From the NCBI GenBank assembly GCA_963701245.1, contig OY969576.1, forward strand, positions 208,456-272,455: 64,000 bases of DNA. Reading direction: 5' to 3'. The notes beneath the pieces are model-generated. The model saw nothing but the letters and a program-made list of their open reading frames with translations. It was not told the DNA's origin and did no database searches. This stretch comes from an uncultured bacterium. GTDB taxonomy: Bacteria > Patescibacteriota > Saccharimonadia > Saccharimonadales > UBA4665. Shown here one piece after another: positions 8,823 through 16,608 of this stretch (its first letter is position 1; each line of letters begins with the position of its first letter). The translations under genes and the position numbers were made by a program.

Positions 8823-9076
8823 CCGTAGAGTTGGCTATGCGTGCCCACTATATCGAAGATTACTTCTTCTACGCGTTGTAGGTAGAGTGCTCGAACATCA
8901 CCGGTAATATCTATACTTCGGTACTCTTTCCACTTCCCTTTTAACTGATGGTTACGAAGCGTTGGATGGAGCGGGTTTTCGGCAAACGTTTCTATTCTTT
9001 CAAGTAACTTCTGTCGCACTTTAGGGGTTAACTTTTTCGCTTGAGCGATGAAGCTCTTGGAATATGAAATTTTCAT
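8819..9076 (-). CDS. RelE/YafQ-family type II toxin
   Basis: 85 aa with HPTLRNHQLKGKWKEYRSIDITGDVRALY. Overlaps the upstream antitoxin gene by 4 nt. Confidence 0.7.
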   Translation of the reverse strand: MKISYSKSFIAQAKKLTPKVRQKLLERIETFAENPLHPTLRNHQLKGKWKEYRSIDITGDVRALYLQRVEEVIFDIVGTHSQLYG

Positions 9077-9354
9077 TTCAATTCGTCGGCCAAAAACTCG
9101 AGACTTTCTTTATTGTCGCTAAAGCGGTGGTAGTCACTTTCTTCGATCTGTTTTTTTGACATAGCCAATTGCTTTGCCGTCTGCTTGTTGGGAACTTCTG
9201 GTACCTCAAAGACGACGCTCTGTTCGGCGGCAAAACGGCGGAGTTCATTGTTTAAAACTGCACTCACGCTTACGCCGAGTTTGTTTGCAACTTGGGTCGC
9301 CAACTTCTTAAGCTCTGGGTCGGTTTTCAGGTTGATAACTGCATAGTTACTCAT
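9073..9354 (-). CDS. RelB/DinJ-like antitoxin
   Basis: Small ORF translationally coupled to the toxin. Ribbon-helix-helix-like N-terminus INLKTDPELKKLATQVANKLGVSVS. Start set at MSNYAV. Confidence 0.6.
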   Translation of the reverse strand: MSNYAVINLKTDPELKKLATQVANKLGVSVSAVLNNELRRFAAEQSVVFEVPEVPNKQTAKQLAMSKKQIEESDYHRFSDNKESLEFLADELK

Positions 9355-9436
9355 ACCAAAAGTATATACTATTGGTATATACAATGTCAATAACGCTGAT
9401 GGTATGCATTAAGGGTTATTGGTTGTATGGTCCAAG

Positions 9437-9520
9437 CAAGAATGCACCTCAATTAAAGAGGTGCATTCTAAGTTTTCTGACGTTGCCCCCCCTAGTGGAT
9501 GAACTTCGCAACTTCTCAGT
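9437..9520 (-). repeat. Cassette-boundary repeat (hairpin + diverged core + A arm)
   Basis: Hairpin GAATGCACCTC/GAGGTGCATTC at 9440-9468, then CTGACGTTGCCCCCCCTAGTGGATGAACTTCGCAACTTCTCAG. Confidence 0.65.
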
Positions 9521-9842
9521 GGATACTGAAGACTTTACCGCCGAACCAATACTTATTCATCTCACGTAAGAACTTTTCGCTTATAGGGTAACCAGAAGCA
9601 TCACCAAGCACAGCGTCTATTTCACAATATGGACACATGCAGAATTCAAGCTTAGTGTCATCATCTCGTGCGCTAAACAACCACTCCTTAATTTGGTCTG
9701 GCTTAAAAGTGTGAAGGCAATAGTAACAGCCGCACATGTCACTTTTCCTTATCTTGGTGGCATAGTTTTCGTCAAGGCGGTGTGCTAATTGTATGTCTTT
9801 TGGAATTTTTGACATTAGATCATCATTCTTTACATTATTCAT
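9516..9842 (-). CDS. Cysteine-rich (CxC..CxxC / CxC..CxxC) putative zinc-binding protein
   Basis: 108 aa with CGCYYC...CMCPYC spacing. No family recognised. Confidence 0.5.
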   Translation of the reverse strand: MNNVKNDDLMSKIPKDIQLAHRLDENYATKIRKSDMCGCYYCLHTFKPDQIKEWLFSARDDDTKLEFCMCPYCEIDAVLGDASGYPISEKFLREMNKYWFGGKVFSIH

Positions 9843-9850
9843 TCTTAAAT

Positions 9851-10031
9851 TATAACAAAAATGACCCCAAAACAGAGGTCATTTAAACATAAGCACCTTG
9901 GCTCGGCAACTGGTTCCGGAATATAACCTTTATGCAAGATAAGGAAGTTAACATCAATGATCTTCGCCAGCTCATAGATACCAGTGAACATGCACCAGGA
10001 TGTTAGCCTAGTGGATGTGCTCTGCGGCTAC
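9851..10031 (-). repeat. Cassette-boundary repeat (left arm + core + B2 arm + A-like tail)
   Basis: Hairpin ATGACC/GGTCAT at 9861-9882, CATAAGCAC-CTTGGCTC-GGCAACTGGTTCCGGAATATAACC..., then CCTAGTGGATGTGCTCTGCGG at 10007-10027. Confidence 0.8.
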
Positions 10032-10042
10032 AATAAGCGAGA

Positions 10043-10564
10043 CTAGATGATAGAAACAAGCTCGGTGGTCTTTCTTAGGATTGTTTTCTGAGATTCAGTA
10101 GACACGTCAAATACTATGTCTGCGTATTGAGACGATGGTAGTACGTATCTTTCGTACATAGGCTTTAACACATATGTAAGGTAGTTATCCCACATTGGGT
10201 GTACTCTCCTTTTTGCAATGACTTCAAACGGCGCCTCCAAGAATATTTTTAGGTTTAATAGTTCACGTATTTCCTTGAAGTGCAGTAACAGGAATCCCTC
10301 AACAACTATTAAGTTTGGTTGCTCAACATTATCTATTAATCGGCTAAGGTTTTGTATGAGTCTAGGAAGGTTAACGGATATCGGATCGTCGTGATTATGC
10401 TCTCCAGCCAAAATAGGCATATCTTTTTCTGCGACGAAGAAGTCGTCTAAATGTATTATCGTCGATTCTTTAGGGAATGCTTTCTTCAAGCCTTCCGCTA
10501 ACGTTGTCTTGCCAGATCCTGATCCCCCAGCGATACCGACAATAAAAGGGTGCTTCATATCCAA
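10043..10564 (-). CDS. Uridine-kinase/PRK-family P-loop kinase
   Basis: IVGIAGGSGSGKTTLAEGL Walker A motif and family-typical length. Confidence 0.6.
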   Translation of the reverse strand: MDMKHPFIVGIAGGSGSGKTTLAEGLKKAFPKESTIIHLDDFFVAEKDMPILAGEHNHDDPISVNLPRLIQNLSRLIDNVEQPNLIVVEGFLLLHFKEIRELLNLKIFLEAPFEVIAKRRVHPMWDNYLTYVLKPMYERYVLPSSQYADIVFDVSTESQKTILRKTTELVSII

Positions 10565-10620
10565 AGTTTAACAGAATCAAACTCTCTTGACTGGTCTAAC
10601 TAAGACCATCCGCTGCCACC

Positions 10621-10772
10621 ACCAACAAAAAACAGAGGCAAATAACCTCTGCTAATTTGAGTTCTAATCTTGGCTCGCCGTTTCCTTCTGGAATATAACC
10701 ATTGCAAAAGAAAGTGAGGCAGACGTCAAAGAAGGGCGTGACCTGATTTGTGGAGACAGTGAGGAGGAGTAA
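10621..10772 (-). repeat. Cassette-boundary repeat (hairpin + core + diverged B2 arm)
   Basis: Hairpin CAGAGG/CCTCTG at 10633-10651, then CTTGGCTCGCCGTTTCCTTCTGGAATATAACC... The arm is open as WLAVSFWNITIAKESEADVKEGRDLICGDSEEE*. Confidence 0.65.
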
Positions 10773-10899
10773 AAATACAGAACTGAAGCCCTCCGACGAA
10801 GTTCAAATATAGTCCACGAACATCTTGATCCCTAAACGACGAGAGCAAGCTATAATGCCTATGGTTGTATATATCGACATAATCTAGCAAAATAGACTA

Positions 10900-12393
10900 A
10901 TGCGAGAAGTATCATGGGGTGTAGTTGGTCGCGGCAATATCGGTGGTGAGCTAATAGCTGCCATTCCTGCTGACGCCGGTTTAGATTTATCTCCTTCACC
11001 CGATTTTATAGCGACGTCCAAAGGTATTAATGCTTCCGACGGTATACATGACTATGGTGTAGCTGATATTCGAGACATTCCGCCCGGTTTGATGCCCGAT
11101 ACGCTCTTCGTTGCTTGCCCTACTACTGACGATGGCCTGCCGGCCAGCACTTATGTCGAACATGCTCTCAGAAGCGGCAAAACCGTTATCACAGCCGAGA
11201 AAGGCGCGCTATCGGCTAATTTCGCAGGGATGAGAGAGCTTTCAGATGGTTTCCGACGGCTCGGATTTACAGCAACAGTGGGCGGCGGATCGTTGCTTTT
11301 GCCCCACGCAAAGTGGCTAATCCAGGGTAATCCTAACGGTATGAGTCGATTTGTCGGGAAGTTTAACGGTACGGTAGAAGCTACATTTAATGACGCTTCA
11401 GAGGAGTTCGGTAGAGGCGTACCTCCCGAAGAAGCGATTGCCAAAGCGGTTGAACTCGGTTATGCAGAACCGGGGAGCCACGAGCCATTTGATGTGTTGA
11501 GGGCTGAGCTAGACGGTGATATTCCGAAGAAGTTACACATTTTCTTATCCTACATTTTGGGGCTAGAGGGCTTGACCGTAGATGGTCTTCGCGGTACATC
11601 TCTAGATGACGATACAATCAGTCAAGCTTTCGCCGAGGATAGACGACATGTTGTATCCGTAACTAATTTATCCCTAGGCGAACCACAACCAGAGGGTATG
11701 TTAATCGGTGGTATATCACGAGAATATCAAGGGTGGTTGATAGAAACTGGTTTTCAAAGAATAGGCGAGCAGGCTTTAGCAAGACTCCACTCGATGACTG
11801 GGCCAGGCAATGGGTTCGCGCTTTTTCTTGGACGCGACGGTAGGGATGGTACGCATACCCTGACTGGGCCGGGCGCAGGGGCGGGCCCGACGGTCGAGTC
11901 AATGCTTAGAGATCATCGTCTCTTAGCTCGTGATGCAACTAAAGACATGACTTTGGCCGAAAGGGTAAAAGGCTTTGGCGGTGGTGCCCCACGACCGCAA
12001 CTTTCAGAAGCCGAAAGAAGCGAGAGCCGGCTCCAGTCACATACTGAAAGTGTTGCTGCATTGCAGCGGGCGGGATTAAAACTCGCATATTCCGCATTAT
12101 GGACACCACATGGCGGCGGTATTGCTATCGATGCATATTGGAGAGCAAGAGAGGAGCTGGTGAGCCAGTACGGGTCTGACAAAGTCCTTAATGGTCCAGC
12201 AATACTCCCGAGCGACGGCAGCGAAGATGGCTTAGGTGGTCTTGGCATATGGATACCGGCAGGGGACGGCTCTGCCTTCGCAAAGTACGATAGGTATCTC
12301 GATCAAACACATAGTGGGCGGTGGGTATTAACCCCAGATGCTCCAGTGGAGCCTAGGGCTTCATCAAGCAAACTGCTAAGTATTTTCAGATAG
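10900..12393 (+). CDS. Homoserine-dehydrogenase-like oxidoreductase with unassigned C-terminal extension
   Basis: N-terminal VVGRGNIGGE dinucleotide-binding motif, TATVGGGSLLL and GPGAGAGPTVESMLRD resemble HSD blocks. The last ~150 aa are unassigned. Visibly G+C-richer than its neighbours. Confidence 0.55.
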   Translation: MREVSWGVVGRGNIGGELIAAIPADAGLDLSPSPDFIATSKGINASDGIHDYGVADIRDIPPGLMPDTLFVACPTTDDGLPASTYVEHALRSGKTVITAEKGALSANFAGMRELSDGFRRLGFTATVGGGSLLLPHAKWLIQGNPNGMSRFVGKFNGTVEATFNDASEEFGRGVPPEEAIAKAVELGYAEPGSHEPFDVLRAELDGDIPKKLHIFLSYILGLEGLTVDGLRGTSLDDDTISQAFAEDRRHVVSVTNLSLGEPQPEGMLIGGISREYQGWLIETGFQRIGEQALARLHSMTGPGNGFALFLGRDGRDGTHTLTGPGAGAGPTVESMLRDHRLLARDATKDMTLAERVKGFGGGAPRPQLSEAERSESRLQSHTESVAALQRAGLKLAYSALWTPHGGGIAIDAYWRAREELVSQYGSDKVLNGPAILPSDGSEDGLGGLGIWIPAGDGSAFAKYDRYLDQTHSGRWVLTPDAPVEPRASSSKLLSIFR

Positions 12394-12529
12394 GACGAAA
12401 GTGAATTAGAAGCTATTTTTATGTGTAGCTGCGAAACAGATTCACCCGTTCTATATGTATTCAACATAATCAAACCAAAAATTCCCCATTTTACAGGGGG
12501 AACTAATGATGTAGTGAAAACTTTTCTTA

Positions 12530-12620
12530 CTTGGCGCGGCAAATGGTTCCGGAATACAATCTTTACGTCAGAAAATGAAATCAATGTCAAGGAAGTCCGG
12601 CAACTAATCGATAATAATCA
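12530..12620 (-). repeat. Cassette-boundary repeat (variant core + B2 arm)
   Basis: CTTGGCGCGGCAAATGGTTCCGGAATACAATC... The arm reads WRGKWFRNTIFTSENEINVKEVRQLIDNNQ. Confidence 0.7.
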
Positions 12621-13121
12621 GGAGGGCTTTGGGTCGGAGGCGCTATTAAGCAGTGTCCTATACTCAAGATCTGAGAGGCTGACTAACTTGCTGTCTCGCC
12701 CTAAGTCAGATTCGGTTATCTCCACACCGGACCAGTCAGGAGGCAAAAAATGAATGGCTTCTTCGGTGCTACGAAACTCGACTTCCAATCGTATCAGCCC
12801 TTCAAAGCGACCATGATAAACCTTGATTGTAGTGTTCTTAGTGTCCGGGACTACGTAACTGTCACGTTCGATGCTGGCAATAGCGTGCTGGCGAAGTTCA
12901 TTGAACTTTTCAATGGTAATTGGAGTGACCTTTTTAGAACTAGAAAGCCGATCATGTGTAACTTTTTGCTCAGAGAAATACTTATCGCCTTTTCGTTGAA
13001 TTCTCAACTCTTCACCTGGCCCTACATTCAAGAAATATCTCTCATAGATAACTTTGGAGGTGAGATCAATGCTTGAAGGAATAGAGCTTAGTAGAAATTT
13101 GCGTTCTATCTCGTTGGCCAT
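12618..13121 (-). CDS. CYTH-domain (triphosphate tunnel metalloenzyme) protein
   Basis: N-terminal EIERKFLL (ExExK) signature and about 165 aa. Confidence 0.7.
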   Translation of the reverse strand: MANEIERKFLLSSIPSSIDLTSKVIYERYFLNVGPGEELRIQRKGDKYFSEQKVTHDRLSSSKKVTPITIEKFNELRQHAIASIERDSYVVPDTKNTTIKVYHGRFEGLIRLEVEFRSTEEAIHFLPPDWSGVEITESDLGRDSKLVSLSDLEYRTLLNSASDPKPS

Positions 13122-13147
13122 ATTGATATTTTACAGTACGCCTATAA

Positions 13148-13314
13148 ACAAAAACGCCAACCACAAAGTTGACGTATTGTACAATAACTGGCTCGGCAAA
13201 CTGTTTTTATTCCAAACTTTTGAAGAGCTAGATAGCATCAAAGATAAAGAGGCAGAGATACAGCAGATCCGTCAGCTTCTAGATGAGGGTCAGAAAGAGG
13301 AACAACTATGTTAA
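13148..13314 (-). repeat. Cassette-boundary repeat (hairpin + variant core + full B1 arm)
   Basis: AACAAAAACGCCAAC..GTTGACGT hairpin, then CTGGCTC-GGCAAACTGTTTTTATTCCAAACTTTTGAAGAGCTAG... The arm reads WLGKLFLFQTFEELD...IQQIRQLLDEG...*. Confidence 0.75.
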
Positions 13315-13794
13315 CGCAATTCCTCCGCCGATCTACAAATACTTCCCCCGACCTGCTTGAATCAAAACTGTACGACGAGAAAACGTTCTACCCTGCTTTC
13401 CTCAATGACCTAAACAATTGCGGAAGCGAACTCATCATTGAATGCCCGTTCGTTACTCGCAGACGGCTGCAAAGCTTATTGCCAACGTTGCAGAAGCTTA
13501 AAGCGCGCAAGGTGCGAATTATCATCAACACCAAAGATCCCCATGAGCTAGACGAGGAACGGCGAGAAGAAGCATACCATGCGGTTGCGTCACTGCAACA
13601 CAAGGGTATCCAAGTCATATTATACCCATGGACATCACAGAAAGCTGGCCATCATTGACCGATCAATACTTTACGAGGGTTCGCTCAATATTCTTTCTCA
13701 GAACAGGAGCACAGAGATTATGCGAAGGACCGAGTCGGTGCAACTTGCGTGGCAGATGGCGAGGTTTGTTGGGATAGACGGGTTTATCGCCTAA
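13308..13794 (+). pseudogene. PLD/HKD-superfamily nuclease-like gene, frameshifted
   Basis: Two overlapping frames (13308..13658 and 13579..13794). The HKD motif HRKLAIIDRSILYEGSLN lies in the second frame, and the shift is near 13620. Confidence 0.6.
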
Positions 13795-13815
13795 AATCTC
13801 TAGCAGGAAAGTGTA

Positions 13816-14082
13816 CTAACTGATCTGGGTGAATCGTTTCAGCTTCTTACCATCTACTTCAATTTCTTCAAGCCAGCTCGATACCGGACGTATCCATGTC
13901 AGCTTGTCATCGTACTCAGCTTGATATATGACGCATGGTTCCATATCTTCTTCTCGCAAGGCAATGCCAATGACTTTGTAGCTTAGCTGCTTATAGTGTA
14001 AATATCGAGCGCCAACAGAGACTTGTTTTGCTGCTTCGGCAAGCCGGATGGAAAGCTGGGGTTGACCTTCTTTGTCATGCAT
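13816..14082 (-). CDS. DUF1653-like small protein
   Basis: ARYLHYKQLSYKVIGIALREEDMEPCVIYQAEY...WIRPVSSW pattern. Start set at MHDKEG, because the longer ORF would overlap the upstream kinase gene. Confidence 0.6.
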   Translation of the reverse strand: MHDKEGQPQLSIRLAEAAKQVSVGARYLHYKQLSYKVIGIALREEDMEPCVIYQAEYDDKLTWIRPVSSWLEEIEVDGKKLKRFTQIS

Positions 14083-14098
14083 ACGGCAAGATACTCCT

Positions 14099-14677
14099 TT
14101 AATCTTTGTATAACACGTCTGCTGAGTTTGCAGGATTAAATAATACAACGAACTCTTTCTCTTTTGGCACCCAAACCTCGTCCCATTTCTGGATATGGGC
14201 TTCGACATCGTATTTGTCGCTCGGCTTGTTAGCTCGGTCGCGAGCCTTTCCTTGGTCGGTAGCTTCTTCAAGTGAACGATCAATCCAGACCGTCAGCTTG
14301 TAGTAGTATTTGAGATCAGGCCGCAGGATTCTTACCCCTTCGACAATGACTAATGAGGGCAGCGGCTGACTAATCCAATCCTTTGTTTCGTTTTTCTCCC
14401 AGTTATACCACTGATAATGTAAATCCTTACCGACACTTACATCCTTTAACACACCCTCAAATCGATCCCAATCATATCCACCTTTCCAACCCTCACCTTC
14501 GCCGTGATTGACGAGAAAGTTATCAAGTTGGAGGATGGTAGAATCGGGAAAACGAGCTTTTAACTTTTCTGCAAGTGTCGTTTTGCCAGAACCACCGAAA
14601 CCAGACACCGCAACAACAGTCGGACGCTTTGTTTCAAGGAGACCCTGCACTTTAACGGCAAGATCTTCAAAGATCAT
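14099..14677 (-). CDS. Uridine-kinase-like P-loop kinase
   Basis: VAVSGFGGSGKTTLAEKL Walker A motif. Overlaps the upstream gene by 11 nt. Confidence 0.6.
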   Translation of the reverse strand: MIFEDLAVKVQGLLETKRPTVVAVSGFGGSGKTTLAEKLKARFPDSTILQLDNFLVNHGEGEGWKGGYDWDRFEGVLKDVSVGKDLHYQWYNWEKNETKDWISQPLPSLVIVEGVRILRPDLKYYYKLTVWIDRSLEEATDQGKARDRANKPSDKYDVEAHIQKWDEVWVPKEKEFVVLFNPANSADVLYKD

Positions 14678-15374
14678 TCATTACCTCATATTCCAGTCGC
14701 AGGTAAGAGTCTTCTAGCGGCTTGGCGTTCTTAAACTTTAGTGGCCGGATTTTGGTCAAGTCTTCGGTCGTTCGGAGTGGATCGCCGTCAACAAGTGTCG
14801 CCGTGTTTCGGCCGCCTACCAGACATGGCGCGACAACAATTAGGACTTGATCTATAAGTCCTGCTCTCAGCAGTATCGCATTCAGTTCTCCGCCGGATTG
14901 AATAGTCATACGCTCGGCACCGTACTCTGTTTTGAGCTTAACAAAGAGGTCGGCAAAGTCTATGACCTCGTCATATTGCACTATTGCTACATTGGGATAC
15001 TTTTCTTGTAGGCTGTAAACTGGATGATCACTGTCCGTGGTAACGACAATGAGCTTACCGAACTTATGTGCCAAAAACTCAACGCCATGTGCCGTTAAGT
15101 GGGGCTTATTATCTACCACCACAAAGGTCATTGGAATTTGCTTTATACCTTCAAGCGAGTCGGTATTGGCGCCCACCTTAGCCATTACCCGGCCGCTAAT
15201 AAATGAAACTGGGTCAGTCTGTTGCTCTATTTCGTAGTATTGGTGGAGACCCTCTTTGACGCTTGGGATGTTCGGTAAGTCTTTATCAAAGTCACGTTCA
15301 TCGGTGTCGCCGGTCGAGATTTTACCGTCGAGCGATTGAAGAAGGAAGAGGGTGGTATAGGGTCGGTTACTCAT
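14667..15374 (-). CDS. RibD C-terminal-domain/dihydrofolate-reductase-family protein
   Basis: PYTTLFLLQSLDGKISTGD N-terminus and the GGR...L motif typical of RibD_C. Confidence 0.65.
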   Translation of the reverse strand: MSNRPYTTLFLLQSLDGKISTGDTDERDFDKDLPNIPSVKEGLHQYYEIEQQTDPVSFISGRVMAKVGANTDSLEGIKQIPMTFVVVDNKPHLTAHGVEFLAHKFGKLIVVTTDSDHPVYSLQEKYPNVAIVQYDEVIDFADLFVKLKTEYGAERMTIQSGGELNAILLRAGLIDQVLIVVAPCLVGGRNTATLVDGDPLRTTEDLTKIRPLKFKNAKPLEDSYLRLEYEVMNDL

Positions 15375-16024
15375 TATCGATTCGTCGGGTACATCGTTAC
15401 GTCCCGTAGGTAATATGTTGCGTGGCTATCTGCTTGCCCTCGGACAAATGCGGCTAGGTCTTCAGCACTAATGGCATCAGGGTTTGCCCCATGAGTCGCG
15501 ATATCGCTTGGGTAAAGATTCGTTATCTGGTACTGCTCAGGTTTGAACTCTTGCTGTAATGACTGGAAGAAATGCATTTCAGCAGTCTTTGCTGCACCGT
15601 ACGCCGAGTTGTTCTTGTGTGCAGCTAAGGCGCTACTGGAAATGATATTGATAATCCGGGCATTCGAAAAGTAAGTAGCGAGGCCATGCGTCATGTAGAC
15701 GGCTGAGAAGTAGCTGCTTCTCATTTGCTGCTCATAATCTTCCGGTTTCATATCTGTAAGACTGCCACTCACATAGCCGCCTGCATTATTGACTAAGCAT
15801 ATTTCAGCATCTGGGTGTTCATCGCGCAGTTGTTTCCAGAACGTTGCACAAGCGCCAGCATCACTCGCATCGAATTGTCTATGCGATACGTTTTTAGGAT
15901 AGTCATCTGGTTGTTCCGATCGGCCCGTGCCTATAGATATCCATCCGTTTCCGGCAAATTCATTTATAAGCACAAGGCCAAGCCCGCGACTGGCACCGGT
16001 AATAACTGCGACTCTATCTGGCAT
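15374..16024 (-). CDS. Short-chain dehydrogenase/reductase (SDR)
   Basis: VITGASRGLG cofactor motif, NNAG, and YGAAK catalytic motif. Confidence 0.8.
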   Translation of the reverse strand: MPDRVAVITGASRGLGLVLINEFAGNGWISIGTGRSEQPDDYPKNVSHRQFDASDAGACATFWKQLRDEHPDAEICLVNNAGGYVSGSLTDMKPEDYEQQMRSSYFSAVYMTHGLATYFSNARIINIISSSALAAHKNNSAYGAAKTAEMHFFQSLQQEFKPEQYQITNLYPSDIATHGANPDAISAEDLAAFVRGQADSHATYYLRDVTMYPTNR

Positions 16025-16038
16025 ATTAATGATCCTTC

Positions 16039-16443
16039 CTATTCAGGTCTCTTAGTTGCTATAGACGGGTGGTGTACGAATTCGTAGACATTGCCATCGG
16101 GGCCACGGAAGTGCGCCCATTTCGTACCACCCGAGCCTTCACCGATACCTTCCGGAAATACCTCATAGCTATTGGCTTTGAGCCAGGACATAGCGTTATA
16201 GAAATCTTCTACCTCGAAGCCAGTTACCGCTCCTTCAAGTGGATAGAATTGTTTGTCTGGAGTACCCTCAGCGTGTAGCTCGAAGCGTTGGCCTTGCGGT
16301 GTCGTGAAAGCGACAAAGTCTCCGTCATCATAGGTCTTCTCGTAGCCAAGGACAGACTCGGCGAATTGCTTCATTTCTTCAATGTGTTTGGTGCGGATGC
16401 CGACGTAGGTTATGCCGGGGGAGTGAAGATTTGGCGGATTCAT
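16039..16443 (-). CDS. VOC/glyoxalase-bleomycin-resistance-family protein
   Basis: 134 aa with two beta-alpha-beta-beta-beta-like halves (GIRTKHIEE..., HFRGPDGNVYEF). Confidence 0.65.
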   Translation of the reverse strand: MNPPNLHSPGITYVGIRTKHIEEMKQFAESVLGYEKTYDDGDFVAFTTPQGQRFELHAEGTPDKQFYPLEGAVTGFEVEDFYNAMSWLKANSYEVFPEGIGEGSGGTKWAHFRGPDGNVYEFVHHPSIATKRPE

Positions 16444-16527
16444 CCCTCCTGACCCAAGGTGTTAGAGTCGCCGTAGCAAAGAATGACTGTCGCGTTGGGG
16501 TTCATTGGTTAATGATATCAGATTATA

Positions 16528-16552
16528 GAAGTGGATTCGAACTTTTGTAACA
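16528..16552 (-). repeat. Core-less A-arm remnant / tRNA T-arm-like fragment
   Basis: AGAAGTGGATTCGAACTTTTGTAAC matches both the A arm (..AGTGGA..TTCGAACTTTTGA) and the tRNA T-arm complement (ACTGGATTCGAACC). Confidence 0.5.
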
Positions 16553-16560
16553 GGGCTAGA

Positions 16561-16598
16561 AACAAAAACAGATCGGAAAACCAAACTTTTCTGATCTG
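16561..16598 (-). terminator. Rho-independent terminator of the tRNA-Asn gene
   Basis: Minus strand reads CAGATC-loop-GATCTG followed by TTTTTGTT, 10 nt after the CCA end. Confidence 0.7.
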
Positions 16599-16608
16599 TT
16601 ATTTTTCT

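Noticed and set aside
11151-12590. Several 76-111-aa ORFs antisense to or overlapping the HSD-like gene.
   Set aside because: Typical artefact of a G+C-richer segment, which has few stop codons in any frame. The sense ORF has recognisable enzyme motifs.
930-13314. Possibility that the recurring ~40-nt repeats form a CRISPR array or real tRNA genes.
   Set aside because: Spacing is irregular (0.37-3.4 kb), the intervals hold full genes, and the repeats are imperfect, so this is not CRISPR. No copy has a matching 5' acceptor/D/anticodon half, so they are not functional tRNAs.
12421-13314. ORFs 12421..12753 and 13054..13314 as ordinary genes.
   Set aside because: Their conserved part is only the B-type repeat arm. 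The upstream parts are antisense to, or overlap, neighbouring genes. They are reported as a repeat-arm phenomenon rather than annotated as CDS.
14083-14283. Long form of ORF 13816..14283.
   Set aside because: Its first 67 codons overlap the 3' end of the kinase gene in another frame. The DUF1653-like homology begins at the internal Met.
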